From the NCBI GenBank assembly GCA_020060105.1, contig JAGVAV010000025.1:1-51368 (forward strand): 51,368 bases of DNA, written 5' to 3'. The position numbers were made by a program, and so were the translations under genes. Source of the DNA: Candidatus Woesebacteria bacterium (GTDB lineage: Bacteria; Patescibacteriota; Microgenomatia; Woykebacterales; 2-01-FULL-43-14). Position 1 is the first letter of the stretch. Each line of letters opens with the position of its first letter. This document shows, piece by piece, positions 6,803-16,187 of the stretch. The notes under the pieces are model-generated. The model did no database searches, had not been told where the DNA came from, and was given only the letters and a program-made list of their open reading frames with translations.

Positions 6803-7927
6803 TTAGTCTCCTGGAGGAGGAAGTGTTACTCCTTCCGGTTCAAAGATGACTTTTCTCTCGCCTTCTTCCACTCGACCTAACTCTATTAGGTCGTACCCGA
6901 CCCGTTGGCCGACTTCGATTGTTCTTGCCACTTCACTTTTGGGGATAAAGATGTAGTATCCGATTCCCCAGTTGAAAGTTGTGAGGCAATCTTTCAGTGA
7001 TACACCCAATTCTCTCAAGTGCTGGAAAAGAAAAGGGACTTCTTTTACCCAAGTATGAACCCGGTACTGGTAAGGCCTTTCATCGAAAGCGATTTTGCTC
7101 ACCCCAGAACCAGTACCTGGCAACAGAGCGTGAATGTCGACTTCTTCTTCCAGTAAAGCCTCGACTAAGGCAACATAAGAACGGGTGGCGATAAGTGCTT
7201 CCTCACCGAGCATTTTACCGTTTGGTAACCTGGTCATGAATTGGTCCGGAAGAGTAAGAGCTCTTTTGATGACCAGTGAAATTCCGTTAGCATGGATACC
7301 ACTAGACGGAGCACCGATGATGATATCTCCGGCTATCAAGCGCCGTCCAGTAATTAATCGGCTACTTGGGTTAATAATGCCGGTAACGCAGCCACTAAGC
7401 GATGGGGCGCTTTTCACTGGTTCAGCTGCTTTGATTAGGTAGCGTAAGGATGGTGACTCACCTGCTGGTAAAGCAACTCCGATTAGCTGGCAGACCTTGA
7501 AGAAGCTTTCTGCAAGATCTTCAGCCCGCTGTTTATCTAGGAACCACTCGCTATCTCCGGCGGCTACTTCGTCGGTATAAATCACTGGCAAGGCGCCTTG
7601 GGCGATTACGTCGTTTGCCGCCATTAACACCGTATCCCATCCAATGTCTTCATAAAAAGTGCGTCCCATTCCCGAGTTTTGGTACATCCATTCGGCAATC
7701 CAGTTTTTGTTGCCAAGACCCTCCTGAGTGTTGACGAACATTGGCTGTATGCTACCAAGGTAGTAGTAGACGGCTCCATGGGCGTGTATTGAGTCGGTGT
7801 TGACGAAAACCTGTCGACGATTTGGAAACGAGAGTGTTCTCTTACCGACTGCAATCATTGCCCTTTTGAAAGGCTCAATTTGGCTATAATCCACACCCGC
7901 TTGAGCGTATTCGCCCTGAGTAGTCAA
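6803..7927 (-). CDS. purM: phosphoribosylformylglycinamidine cyclo-ligase (AIR synthetase), divergent
   Basis: YAQAGVD, ANDVIAQGALP, GE, SSGIHANG and TFNWGIG motifs. Confidence 0.85.
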   Translation of the reverse strand: MTTQGEYAQAGVDYSQIEPFKRAMIAVGKRTLSFPNRRQVFVNTDSIHAHGAVYYYLGSIQPMFVNTQEGLGNKNWIAEWMYQNSGMGRTFYEDIGWDTVLMAANDVIAQGALPVIYTDEVAAGDSEWFLDKQRAEDLAESFFKVCQLIGVALPAGESPSLRYLIKAAEPVKSAPSLSGCVTGIINPSSRLITGRRLIAGDIIIGAPSSGIHANGISLVIKRALTLPDQFMTRLPNGKMLGEEALIATRSYVALVEALLEEEVDIHALLPGTGSGVSKIAFDERPYQYRVHTWVKEVPFLFQHLRELGVSLKDCLTTFNWGIGYYIFIPKSEVARTIEVGQRVGYDLIELGRVEEGERKVIFEPEGVTLPPPGD

Positions 7928-8090
7928 TCTCCAATCCTCCTATTTATTTTTTGAGTGCGTGACCCATTAAAGTAAATTATAACTGACAAGCTTAAGAAAA
8001 TGCAAAAAACTGCATTTCGCTAATGGTATGCACCTCTTTAACACCCGGTGTTTAAATGAGTGCTTGAATGAAAATAGACAGAACATAAAG

Positions 8091-8125
8091 AAAAGAGGCC
8101 GTTTCCTTTTTTAGGGCGTGCCTCT
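8091..8125 (-). repeat. 35-bp terminator-like element, copy 1
   Basis: AAAAGAGGCCGTTTCCTTTTTTAGGGCGTGCCTCT; same as the 10119-10154 copy except one T. Confidence 0.85.
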
Positions 8126-8142
8126 AGCAATCTTTCTCAACT

Positions 8143-8436
8143 TTAACTAAACCACCGGCCCGTTTCCTTAAAGATTGCGTCGTTTAGTTCTTTGGTTAGC
8201 TGTTCATTTAGTTTCTTTGGGTTATTGCGGCTATAAACTTCGGCGATATGGGTTGGGGAGACAACTGTGACTATACGCCCGATTTCCCCTTCTTTGGTCT
8301 TACAATCGAAATGCTTACCGTCATACCATGCGATCGAGAATCCAACAATGTCACGTAAGTCTATTTCCGTCCCATATTTCTCGCAAAACTTGGCAAGGAT
8401 CTTAACTGCTGTTGCTACTTTATTTGCAGAAGCCAT
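8143..8436 (-). CDS. hypothetical protein
   Basis: 97 aa; AAGGAGGAG RBS; upstream TTGACA-17-TAGAAT promoter. Confidence 0.75.
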   Translation of the reverse strand: MASANKVATAVKILAKFCEKYGTEIDLRDIVGFSIAWYDGKHFDCKTKEGEIGRIVTVVSPTHIAEVYSRNNPKKLNEQLTKELNDAIFKETGRWFS

Positions 8437-8620
8437 TAATCTCCTCCTTCTTAGATTTGGAGAATTCTATCAAGTACATCGTTAACTGTCAACTTGATGT
8501 AAGCAACCAAGATTCCTTAAGAAGTTTGAGCGTGTTTAATCCCGGGTCAAACACCCCTGGGGTGTCTAGCTATTGGCACCGCCAAGTTGTACAAGGCATA
8601 CAATTTAAAACTGTCTGTTA

Positions 8621-9442
8621 CTATCTATCTTGTTTATGGATTATCGTTTGCAACTGTTGATGAAGTTGAGGAGAACTAATGCAACAGGTAAAATTTTGAT
8701 CAACTTTTTTAAGGGGATCAGAATAATCTATGGGTTTACCGAAAAAATCTGTGTAAATTCCTCCAGCCTCTTCAATGATTACTTGTAGTCCGGCATTATC
8801 CCAGATTCTGCTCGTTTGGTTAAGGTAAGCTCCATACTTACCTTTAGCGACCATAATGATATCGAAAACGCTATTACTAGACCTAAGGTTTCTTATCTCA
8901 AGAATTATATCTGCTAATTTAGAACATTCTTTATAAGTCATAGAGGGATTTTCTTGATGCCCGTCGATGCCGTAAGCAACTAACGTTTTTAATAAGTTTT
9001 TCTCCTCAGTAACTTTTAACTTTTGGTTGCTGCAAAAGGCTCCATTTCCATTGCTCGCGACAATAATTTCTTTGAAAAAAGGTAAGGAGGCTCCCCCGAC
9101 AATTGGGGTGTCGTTTTTTATTAATCCAATAATAATGCCATAAGTTGGAACCCCATTTGCAAAATTACTGGTTCCGTCAATCGGGTCAACCACCCATGTA
9201 TAGCTTGACTTATTATCAATTATTCCTGCCTCTTCGTCGATGATGTTATGATCTGGAAATTTTTTTTTGATTTTACCAACAATGAGTCTTCCGATTTCCT
9301 GATCAGTTTTAGTTAGCACTTGATTATTATCGCCTAGTTTGATGGTAACATCAGACACGAGCCCAAAGTTAGCCGTAGCAGTTTCGGAGGCTGCCGCTAG
9401 TGTTTCAGTGATAAAATTTTTAAATACATTTAAAGCACTCAT
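8621..9442 (-). CDS. inositol monophosphatase family protein
   Basis: DEE, WVVDPIDGTSNF, WDNAG...EEAGG motifs. Confidence 0.93.
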   Translation of the reverse strand: MSALNVFKNFITETLAAASETATANFGLVSDVTIKLGDNNQVLTKTDQEIGRLIVGKIKKKFPDHNIIDEEAGIIDNKSSYTWVVDPIDGTSNFANGVPTYGIIIGLIKNDTPIVGGASLPFFKEIIVASNGNGAFCSNQKLKVTEEKNLLKTLVAYGIDGHQENPSMTYKECSKLADIILEIRNLRSSNSVFDIIMVAKGKYGAYLNQTSRIWDNAGLQVIIEEAGGIYTDFFGKPIDYSDPLKKVDQNFTCCISSPQLHQQLQTIIHKQDR

Positions 9443-9697
9443 CTAGAGACAATTATAATATAATTTCTGTTGCTGATTCAAATGCTCAATTAAGGTGTTC
9501 CAATTCCTAGTCAGCTAGAAAGCTACCTAGAGATTCTGAGAAGTAGGATCCTCCGTATCACCAGGAATGAAATAATTGGTTACAAAAATTCTAACTTCCG
9601 TTGCATACTTTTTTGATAGGTCTCTAACAAGGAGCTTGGGGGGGGTATTAAAAGAAAACCGCCAAGGCATTACTGCAATGGCGGTAAAGGTGGAATC

Positions 9698-10015
9698 TTA
9701 GGCCTTTCCAAAAGATTCATACTTGACAACTATCGGAAAGCCATTTGGGTTGCCGATCGGGTAGATAAGCCTTTCTTTTTCTGGGTCTTCCCGAGGATCA
9801 AAGTACGGCCATACTTTCTCAGCCTCTCCAATCCTTTGCGCGGTCGATCGATGTCCTTCCCAGCCATCTTTTTCAGGAAATCCCGAAACCACCGTTCGGA
9901 GGCTGTCCGCGGACGCCTCCTCCTCAGTATCCGCCCTAGTAAAACCTACCTTCAGGATAACGTCTTTGCCACGAAAGGCCGTGTAGGAAAAAGCGTATAG
10001 GGATTTCCCATGCAT
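9698..10015 (-). CDS. hypothetical protein
   Basis: 105 aa; AGGAGGAG RBS; TTGACA-17-TATAGT promoter; downstream hairpin. Confidence 0.7.
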   Translation of the reverse strand: MHGKSLYAFSYTAFRGKDVILKVGFTRADTEEEASADSLRTVVSGFPEKDGWEGHRSTAQRIGEAEKVWPYFDPREDPEKERLIYPIGNPNGFPIVVKYESFGKA

Positions 10016-10118
10016 TATGATCTCCTCCTATTTTGATGAGAGGAACTATAGCAAAATAAAAGTGATATGTCAACCATAAAACTGGTTGAAAATATAATCA
10101 ATATCGGTCAAGTAAGAA

Positions 10119-10154
10119 AAAAGAGGCCGTTTCCTTTTTTTAGGGCGTGCCTCT
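10119..10154 (-). repeat. 35/36-bp terminator-like element, copy 2
   Basis: Near-identical to 8091-8125. Confidence 0.85.
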
Positions 10155-10174
10155 TCAAACTTGCGAGGGTCCTG

Positions 10175-10840
10175 TCAATCCGGGCAGGGGTGATAATTGG
10201 GCGAGCTTGGAATGCTGGAGGTGAAAATCCAAACATCATCAAGAATCGCGTAAAGGGACAGGACGATGATAAGTGTTAGGCCGATCATGTTTATGATCTC
10301 CTCATACCGAAGAATCCATTGGCCTAGGATTCCCTCTAAGAAGGCCAGTGCCATTCTTCCCCCGTCTAACAGTGGAACCGGAAGAAGGTTAATAACCCCG
10401 ACTATAATGCTGAGAAAGACCACTATTCCCAAAACCCCAGAGATCCCTCCGAATCTGAGGGATTCTTCACTTATTCTAGCAAAGGCACCCCAAGAGGTTT
10501 CGTTGCAGCCTTGGTCAAGGTTGATAGAATTAGGCAAAGAGGCAAAGAATAAGTAAAGAAATACCCCTCCGCCAATGTTTACCAAAGGACCTGAAAAAGC
10601 CACAAGGGCTTTTTTCCACCATTGACAGTTGTCCAGATCCGCTATTACTGTTCCGCCAATCAAAAGAATCGGGCCAAAAGCCAAAATTAGACCCTTTATC
10701 CTTGTCCGATAAATTATCGGAAAGCCTACAAATAAGCTTTTAACCCTCAGTCCAAGGGCAAATCCGGTAAAAGCGTGAGCCAATTCATGAACGAAAATAA
10801 TGGTGAAAACAGCCAGGAAAAGGATAATCCATCCGACCAT
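10175..10840 (-). CDS. site-2 protease (peptidase M50)
   Basis: HELAH zinc motif, SGPLVN, NLLPVPLLDGGR. Confidence 0.92.
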   Translation of the reverse strand: MVGWIILFLAVFTIIFVHELAHAFTGFALGLRVKSLFVGFPIIYRTRIKGLILAFGPILLIGGTVIADLDNCQWWKKALVAFSGPLVNIGGGVFLYLFFASLPNSINLDQGCNETSWGAFARISEESLRFGGISGVLGIVVFLSIIVGVINLLPVPLLDGGRMALAFLEGILGQWILRYEEIINMIGLTLIIVLSLYAILDDVWIFTSSIPSSPNYHPCPD

Positions 10841-10943
10841 CTTAAGCTCTCTCCTTCGGCTTTGATCTCTAACGTTTATTCGCTAGTCGTTTATTTTATC
10901 AGTCGCCTGATTTTAAGTCAACTAACCTAACAAAACTTGTTTA

Positions 10944-11600
10944 TCATTCCTTTTTGCGCCTGGCTCTCGAAAACAGGTAAAAAACGGCGGCTAACAGAAG
11001 GGTAGCCAAAAAAATTAGCACGATATTGTTGAGACTAGCGGCAACCGCTCCTGTTGCCGCAAACAAAAAAGCCTCCGGTAAAGATCCAAGCGAAGCGGCT
11101 ACTAAGGACCTTTTAAGAGGTATCGAAGAAAAACCCGCCGTCACGGCCATTGTCTCCGAAAGTATTGGAAGAGGTCTCGTAAGAACTATGGCCAATACTC
11201 CCCATTTTTCCAGTAGTGAGTTTGCCTTAGCCATTTCTTTTTCCGAAATAAACCTTTTAGCATAAGGAAGGGCTTTCGTTCCCAGATAGTACCCAAAAAA
11301 GAAGGCACTTGTCCGGCCAACTAATGAGAGTAATGTCCCTAAGAAGATCCCAAAAAGCGCTCCATTAGCTACCATGATAAAGCTGGAGGGAACTGGCAAA
11401 AGCACATCTAAAATCAAGATGATAATCCCACCGAGGGCGGTAATGATTCCTGGCGCGTTTAGGAAAGGACTGGGATCAGACAAAACCGGTATTTTCAGTC
11501 CTTCCACAATGAGGTAAAGAACAAGAAAAACAGATGAAATTAAGGTAATGGCTAACCAGTATCGTTTTGTGGCCATTTTTACTCTTTGTTTAACTTTCAC
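10944..11600 (-). CDS. DedA/VTT (SNARE-associated) membrane protein
   Basis: LPVPSS..GALFG, RPLPILSE motifs, multiple TMs. Confidence 0.85.
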   Translation of the reverse strand: MKVKQRVKMATKRYWLAITLISSVFLVLYLIVEGLKIPVLSDPSPFLNAPGIITALGGIIILILDVLLPVPSSFIMVANGALFGIFLGTLLSLVGRTSAFFFGYYLGTKALPYAKRFISEKEMAKANSLLEKWGVLAIVLTRPLPILSETMAVTAGFSSIPLKRSLVAASLGSLPEAFLFAATGAVAASLNNIVLIFLATLLLAAVFYLFSRARRKKE

Positions 11601-11788
11601 TTATCGTTAAGCAGCCTAATCCACAGGCATTAATCTTCTAAGGAAGTGTAACTATAAACAATTTCAAAATCACTAAGCGTCTTTAGGCTTGCTTTTTTAT
11701 TGTTTCAAATAAACCTCTGTCTGTGTCTTTACAATAACAGCTGCCTGATCTAACATAGCAGCCATATCAGGGTAAGGAGGTGAAAATT

Positions 11789-11995
11789 ATGACAACTTGG
11801 TTCTTATCTTCCTTCGATATTGTCATGCTCATTATCTTGATCATTGGCGGAATAAACTGGGGTCTCGTGGGCCTGTTTAAGTTTGATCTTGTCGCGGCAA
11901 TCTTTGGCGAAATGTCCGCTCTGACGAGAATTATTTACGTCTTAGTTGGCGTGTCCGCCCTTTACCTGGCCCTAAAGTTGCTGGGGTTATTGTAA
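11789..11995 (+). CDS. DUF378 small membrane protein
   Basis: IIGGINWGLVGLFKFDLV...RIIYVLVGVSALY; AAGGAGGTGA RBS. Confidence 0.9.
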   Translation: MTTWFLSSFDIVMLIILIIGGINWGLVGLFKFDLVAAIFGEMSALTRIIYVLVGVSALYLALKLLGLL

Positions 11996-12052
11996 CGCGA
12001 AACGGAATACGCAAATCAAAAGGAGAAAGGGCTGCTACCAAATTGAAACAAC

Positions 12053-13651
12053 TCATTTCCTAACTTGCCTAATCTCCGTCCGGTGCCCGTCGCTTTTAAA
12101 CTCTTCCACCAGAGAAGAGTTTTCATAAGCTTTTATCACCACTTCCAGGTTTGACCTAAAAGCGTCATCGCGCGATTGACTTGAAGAAAGAATATAATCC
12201 ACGTTTCGCCAATCGTTTTTAAGAGCTTTATCGTTAATAATGTATTCTTGAGATTTCCAGTAATCAAAGGCTTTCTCAAAGCTAGCGTTACTAATTGGAG
12301 TCTTACTCTGCAAATCTACAAAGGCGTAAGTGTCAGTAATGATAACGGAATTTTCGGGAACATTTTTCTTCAGCCACTCTATCGCTTTTACTTGGGTAAT
12401 GGTTTGATTTTGACGGTAAATAAAACTTTTGTCTTTATAAACATGACTTACTGCTAAAGCAACTACCACCCCAAAAAGGAAGGAAAAAGGCGGGTAGAAA
12501 GCAATTTTGCCCAGAGGGCTCTTTTTTAGCAGCTTCAGAACCGCGTAAACATTTACGGCGATAAGAACAGACAGAAGAGGAATAAGCGGAATAACGTAAA
12601 AGTCAAAAACTAACCCGCCCCTCATCAAATAAACCCAGTAAGAAACTGTTAGTAAGAAAAGGTACCGAATATTTTTGTTTCTCAGAGATAAAACACCGCT
12701 GGTAAAAGTGGCCGCCACCCCCAAAACAACGATCAACGGATCTTTGCCAAACCAGTTCATCGCCAAATTCCATTGGAAATCGCTCTCAGGTTCCCAAAAA
12801 TTACCTTTTCCTGGCCGGGATAGTTGCCAAATTATCGCCCCAATAAGGCTAACGTATTTATTCCCACCATACACCCCTTCCGGGAAAAACTCTCCTCTTG
12901 CCGCCGCGTAAATTATGTAAGGAGAAATAATTAAGACCACTAACAGGACCCATTTAAAAACAGCCCACCTTGTTTTGATCTTATCAGCTTGACTTTTAAT
13001 AAGGTAAATAAATGTCGGGAAAAAAAGAATGGCTGATTCTTTGGTCAACAACCCAGCCCCAAATAAAGCTGCACTGACAAATAAATATTTAGATTCCTTT
13101 ATTTGGCTAATCAATAAGTAAAAAGAGGCAAGAACCCAAGGCAACATCAGATTGTCTAAGAGCACCCGTCTTTGATAATAAATTCCTAGAGGGGTGAGGG
13201 AAAAGATAACCGAAGCGGTTAAACCAGCCCAGAAACTTTTTGTGACTCTTTTGGTAATCAAGTAAATAAGGATTGTCGAAACCAGATGAACAATAAACAT
13301 TAAAACCCGACCGGAATTAATGGAGGAGCCGAAAGTAAAAAAGCCGCCCGATAATAAAGTCCAAAGGGAAATGATCAACCAACCCAGAGGAGCATGATCA
13401 TACCAGTAGTTGTACGGAGCCAACTTTCCTTGAGTCAGAACCGACCATGCCTGGGAAATGTAAGCGCCCTCGTCATTATCATAGTAGGGGAATTGAAACA
13501 TGTTATAAGCGTGAGAAAATGCAGCAATAGACAAAACCCCTAAAATCAGCACTAACTCTGTTTTGTTTATTTTTGCAAAGTTTTTGAAGATTTTTCGGAA
13601 AGCGTTTTTAAGGGAAAAGATATTGTTAGATAACTGCTTTACTCTACTCAT
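12053..13651 (-). CDS. GT-C glycosyltransferase (ArnT/PMT-like, family 39/83)
   Basis: DEGAY, YDHAPLGW, LLDN, TKE motifs with many TMs; likely start ATG 13651. Confidence 0.85.
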   Translation of the reverse strand: MSRVKQLSNNIFSLKNAFRKIFKNFAKINKTELVLILGVLSIAAFSHAYNMFQFPYYDNDEGAYISQAWSVLTQGKLAPYNYWYDHAPLGWLIISLWTLLSGGFFTFGSSINSGRVLMFIVHLVSTILIYLITKRVTKSFWAGLTASVIFSLTPLGIYYQRRVLLDNLMLPWVLASFYLLISQIKESKYLFVSAALFGAGLLTKESAILFFPTFIYLIKSQADKIKTRWAVFKWVLLVVLIISPYIIYAAARGEFFPEGVYGGNKYVSLIGAIIWQLSRPGKGNFWEPESDFQWNLAMNWFGKDPLIVVLGVAATFTSGVLSLRNKNIRYLFLLTVSYWVYLMRGGLVFDFYVIPLIPLLSVLIAVNVYAVLKLLKKSPLGKIAFYPPFSFLFGVVVALAVSHVYKDKSFIYRQNQTITQVKAIEWLKKNVPENSVIITDTYAFVDLQSKTPISNASFEKAFDYWKSQEYIINDKALKNDWRNVDYILSSSQSRDDAFRSNLEVVIKAYENSSLVEEFKSDGHRTEIRQVRK

Positions 13652-13792
13652 ATTAATAATAATTTGCAAAATAAGATTTATTAAATATAATTTCTTAATT
13701 TTACTAACACAAGTAAGAGGCATCGAAAAAACAGACAGACAAATAACTTTCTTTTTGTTGATCGCCATAGCTTCCTATGTTAGCTTTACTCC

Positions 13793-15064
13793 ATGAGTGT
13801 CTCGTTCTCAACTCAGCCAACTAGTATAAAGACGAAAATCAGCCGAGTTTTATTTCCCATATTTTTTCTTTTCGCAACCGCGACGGCCATCGCCAGTTTT
13901 TTTATTACTTTTAACTTTACTGACCAAATCAACTGGACAGCTCCCGCCGCTCTTTCTCCTAAAATTTATACGGATAAATTAGAGGAAGATTGGACAACTT
14001 GGTCTTGGGGAAGCGAGATAAACTTTACGAACATTACCCGTTCTTATTCTGGAAATAGCTCCATCAGCTTTAAAATCACCTCTCCTTCGGGAGGTTTATA
14101 TCTGCACTCTGCTAAAGGCCTTGATACTTCAGAATTCAAAAGCTTAAAATTTGCAGCCTTAGCCGGCAAGGAAAATCAACGCTTTCGTGTTGCCCTTTAT
14201 GATAAAAACAACGATCCGCTCCAAAGTCCGGTTTTTCTGACTAGTTATGGCGGCAATCCTATAGCCAGCGCCTGGAAAATATATCAAATTCCTCTTAAAG
14301 ACTTAAACGCCCAAGAAAAATTAGTGAGGGGGATCTTAATTCAGGACGCTGAAGGGCCTAAAGAATCTCTCCTTTACGTGGACGATATAGAGTTAACCAA
14401 GGACGAAGTTGCCCAACCATCAAAAACGTCCGTTAGTTCGGATAAATTTCTCACGCTTGATCCTAAATCAAGTCTGCCTTCCGAAGAAGAATGCCTAAAG
14501 AGAGTTCGACGTTCTGAGTGGGAAATCCGACCAGAGAATAAAGAAGCGAATCAAAATATCCCCTCCAATCTTAACCTTCCTGACTGGAATGGAGTTGACG
14601 AGAGAGCAAACAGTCAAATCAAATCCCGAATTAGCGGCAACTTTACCGGAACCACTGACGAAATCCTGCAATGGGGAGCCTGTAAATGGGGATTTGACGA
14701 AGACACGGTCAGAGCGGTGGCCGTTATTGAAAGTTGGTGGCGGCAAGCCGACGTGGGAGATAAGGGGAAGACTTTTGGTATCATGCAGGTCAAAAGCGAC
14801 AGCCACATAGGAACCTTTCCTTTTTCCAGAGACAGCACCGCCTTTAACGTTGATTTCGCTTTAGCCTGGCGGAGAGCTTGTTACGAAGGCTATATTGGCT
14901 CTTTAGGCGAAGACCCCGCCTATCGAGAAGGAGACGAGTGGGGCTGCATTGGAGCTTGGTTTTCGGGCGCCTGGCGTGACGAGGGGGCCGAGGTATATAT
15001 CAGCCGAACCAAAGATTTTTACGATAACAAGAAGTGGTTACAACCAGATTTTGAGTACTACTAA
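13793..15064 (+). CDS. membrane-anchored protein: carbohydrate-binding beta-sandwich plus lytic transglycosylase-like domain
   Basis: N-terminal TM; WTTWSW..GGLYLH CBM-like region; AVAVIESWW...FGIMQV SLT-type motifs. Confidence 0.7.
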   Translation: MSVSFSTQPTSIKTKISRVLFPIFFLFATATAIASFFITFNFTDQINWTAPAALSPKIYTDKLEEDWTTWSWGSEINFTNITRSYSGNSSISFKITSPSGGLYLHSAKGLDTSEFKSLKFAALAGKENQRFRVALYDKNNDPLQSPVFLTSYGGNPIASAWKIYQIPLKDLNAQEKLVRGILIQDAEGPKESLLYVDDIELTKDEVAQPSKTSVSSDKFLTLDPKSSLPSEEECLKRVRRSEWEIRPENKEANQNIPSNLNLPDWNGVDERANSQIKSRISGNFTGTTDEILQWGACKWGFDEDTVRAVAVIESWWRQADVGDKGKTFGIMQVKSDSHIGTFPFSRDSTAFNVDFALAWRRACYEGYIGSLGEDPAYREGDEWGCIGAWFSGAWRDEGAEVYISRTKDFYDNKKWLQPDFEYY

Positions 15065-15075
15065 TCTAAACAGTT

Positions 15076-16164
15076 ATGGAAAAAAATATTGAGAGCCTAA
15101 CAATATTTTTTCCGGCTTATAACGAAGAAAAAAATATTGCCAGCACCATTTTAAACGCCGATGCCGTCGCCAGAAAAATTGCTTCCGATTACGAAATTCT
15201 GGTCGTCAACGACGGCAGCCAAGACAATACCCAAAAAATCGTTAGTCAGTTTCAAAGTCAGCTTCTTAATTTAAAACTCTTCAATCACCCTAAAAATTTA
15301 GGTTATGGAGCGGCATTAACGACCGGATTTAGCCAAGCTTCCAAAAAATGGGTTATATTTACCGACTCGGACGGGCAGTTCGACCTAAGCGAAATAGTCA
15401 AGCTTTTGCCATTGACCGATTCACACAAAGTCGTCGTTGGTTATCGGTTAAATAGAAAGGATTCTTTTATTCGGTGCTTAAACGCCAAGGGGTGGAATCT
15501 TTTAAACAGATTGTTATTTGGCCTTAAGGTAAAAGACATCGACTGCGCCTTTAAACTAATCGAAAATTCCGTCGCCAAAGAGGTCCTCCCAGAAATTTTA
15601 TCCAAAGGAGCGATGTTTTCGGCCGAGCTTTTAATCAGGCTACAGTCAAAAGGTTACTGCATCGCGGAAGTGGGCATCCAGCATTTCCCAAGACAGGGAG
15701 GATCAGCCACCGGGGCAAAGCCGGAAGTAATCATCCGAGCGTTTAAAGAAATGGCCACCGTGTATCGAGGCGATTTGGGAACTGGGTGGATCAAACAAGT
15801 TATTAAATTTATGCTGGTTGGTGTAGCAAACACTTTTTTAGATATCTCGCTATATTTTCTTTTGTCCCGTTATGTTCCTTTTCTTGCAGAGCGAAAGGTT
15901 TGGGCGAAAGGTCTCTCTTACGGACTGGGAGTCATTAACAGCTTTATTTGGAATAGAGCCTGGACCTTTAAATCGCAAAAAAACTTTGGGGCCCTGATTC
16001 CGTTCGCCTTAATCAGCTTTGCTTCATTAGCCATTAACACTAGCGTAATGTATTTGTTTCTGGCGATTCTAAACTTTGAGGAATCCTTTGCCTTGATTGT
16101 AACTACTCTGATCACTTTTATTTGGAATTTCCTAGCCAGTAAAAAACTTGTTTTCCGAAGTTAA
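15076..16164 (+). CDS. GT2 polyprenol-phosphate glycosyltransferase fused to GtrA flippase
   Basis: PAYNEE, VNDGS, NLGYG, DSDGQF; C-terminal GtrA (KFMLVG...NRAWTF). Confidence 0.92.
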   Translation: MEKNIESLTIFFPAYNEEKNIASTILNADAVARKIASDYEILVVNDGSQDNTQKIVSQFQSQLLNLKLFNHPKNLGYGAALTTGFSQASKKWVIFTDSDGQFDLSEIVKLLPLTDSHKVVVGYRLNRKDSFIRCLNAKGWNLLNRLLFGLKVKDIDCAFKLIENSVAKEVLPEILSKGAMFSAELLIRLQSKGYCIAEVGIQHFPRQGGSATGAKPEVIIRAFKEMATVYRGDLGTGWIKQVIKFMLVGVANTFLDISLYFLLSRYVPFLAERKVWAKGLSYGLGVINSFIWNRAWTFKSQKNFGALIPFALISFASLAINTSVMYLFLAILNFEESFALIVTTLITFIWNFLASKKLVFRS

Positions 16165-16187
16165 AAGTTTATGTTTTTAACCCCGCT

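Noticed and set aside
9515-9650. Short minus-strand open frame (PPKLLVRDLSKKYATEVRIF...) after a C run
   Set aside because: No start, RBS or recognisable family; at most a gene remnant.
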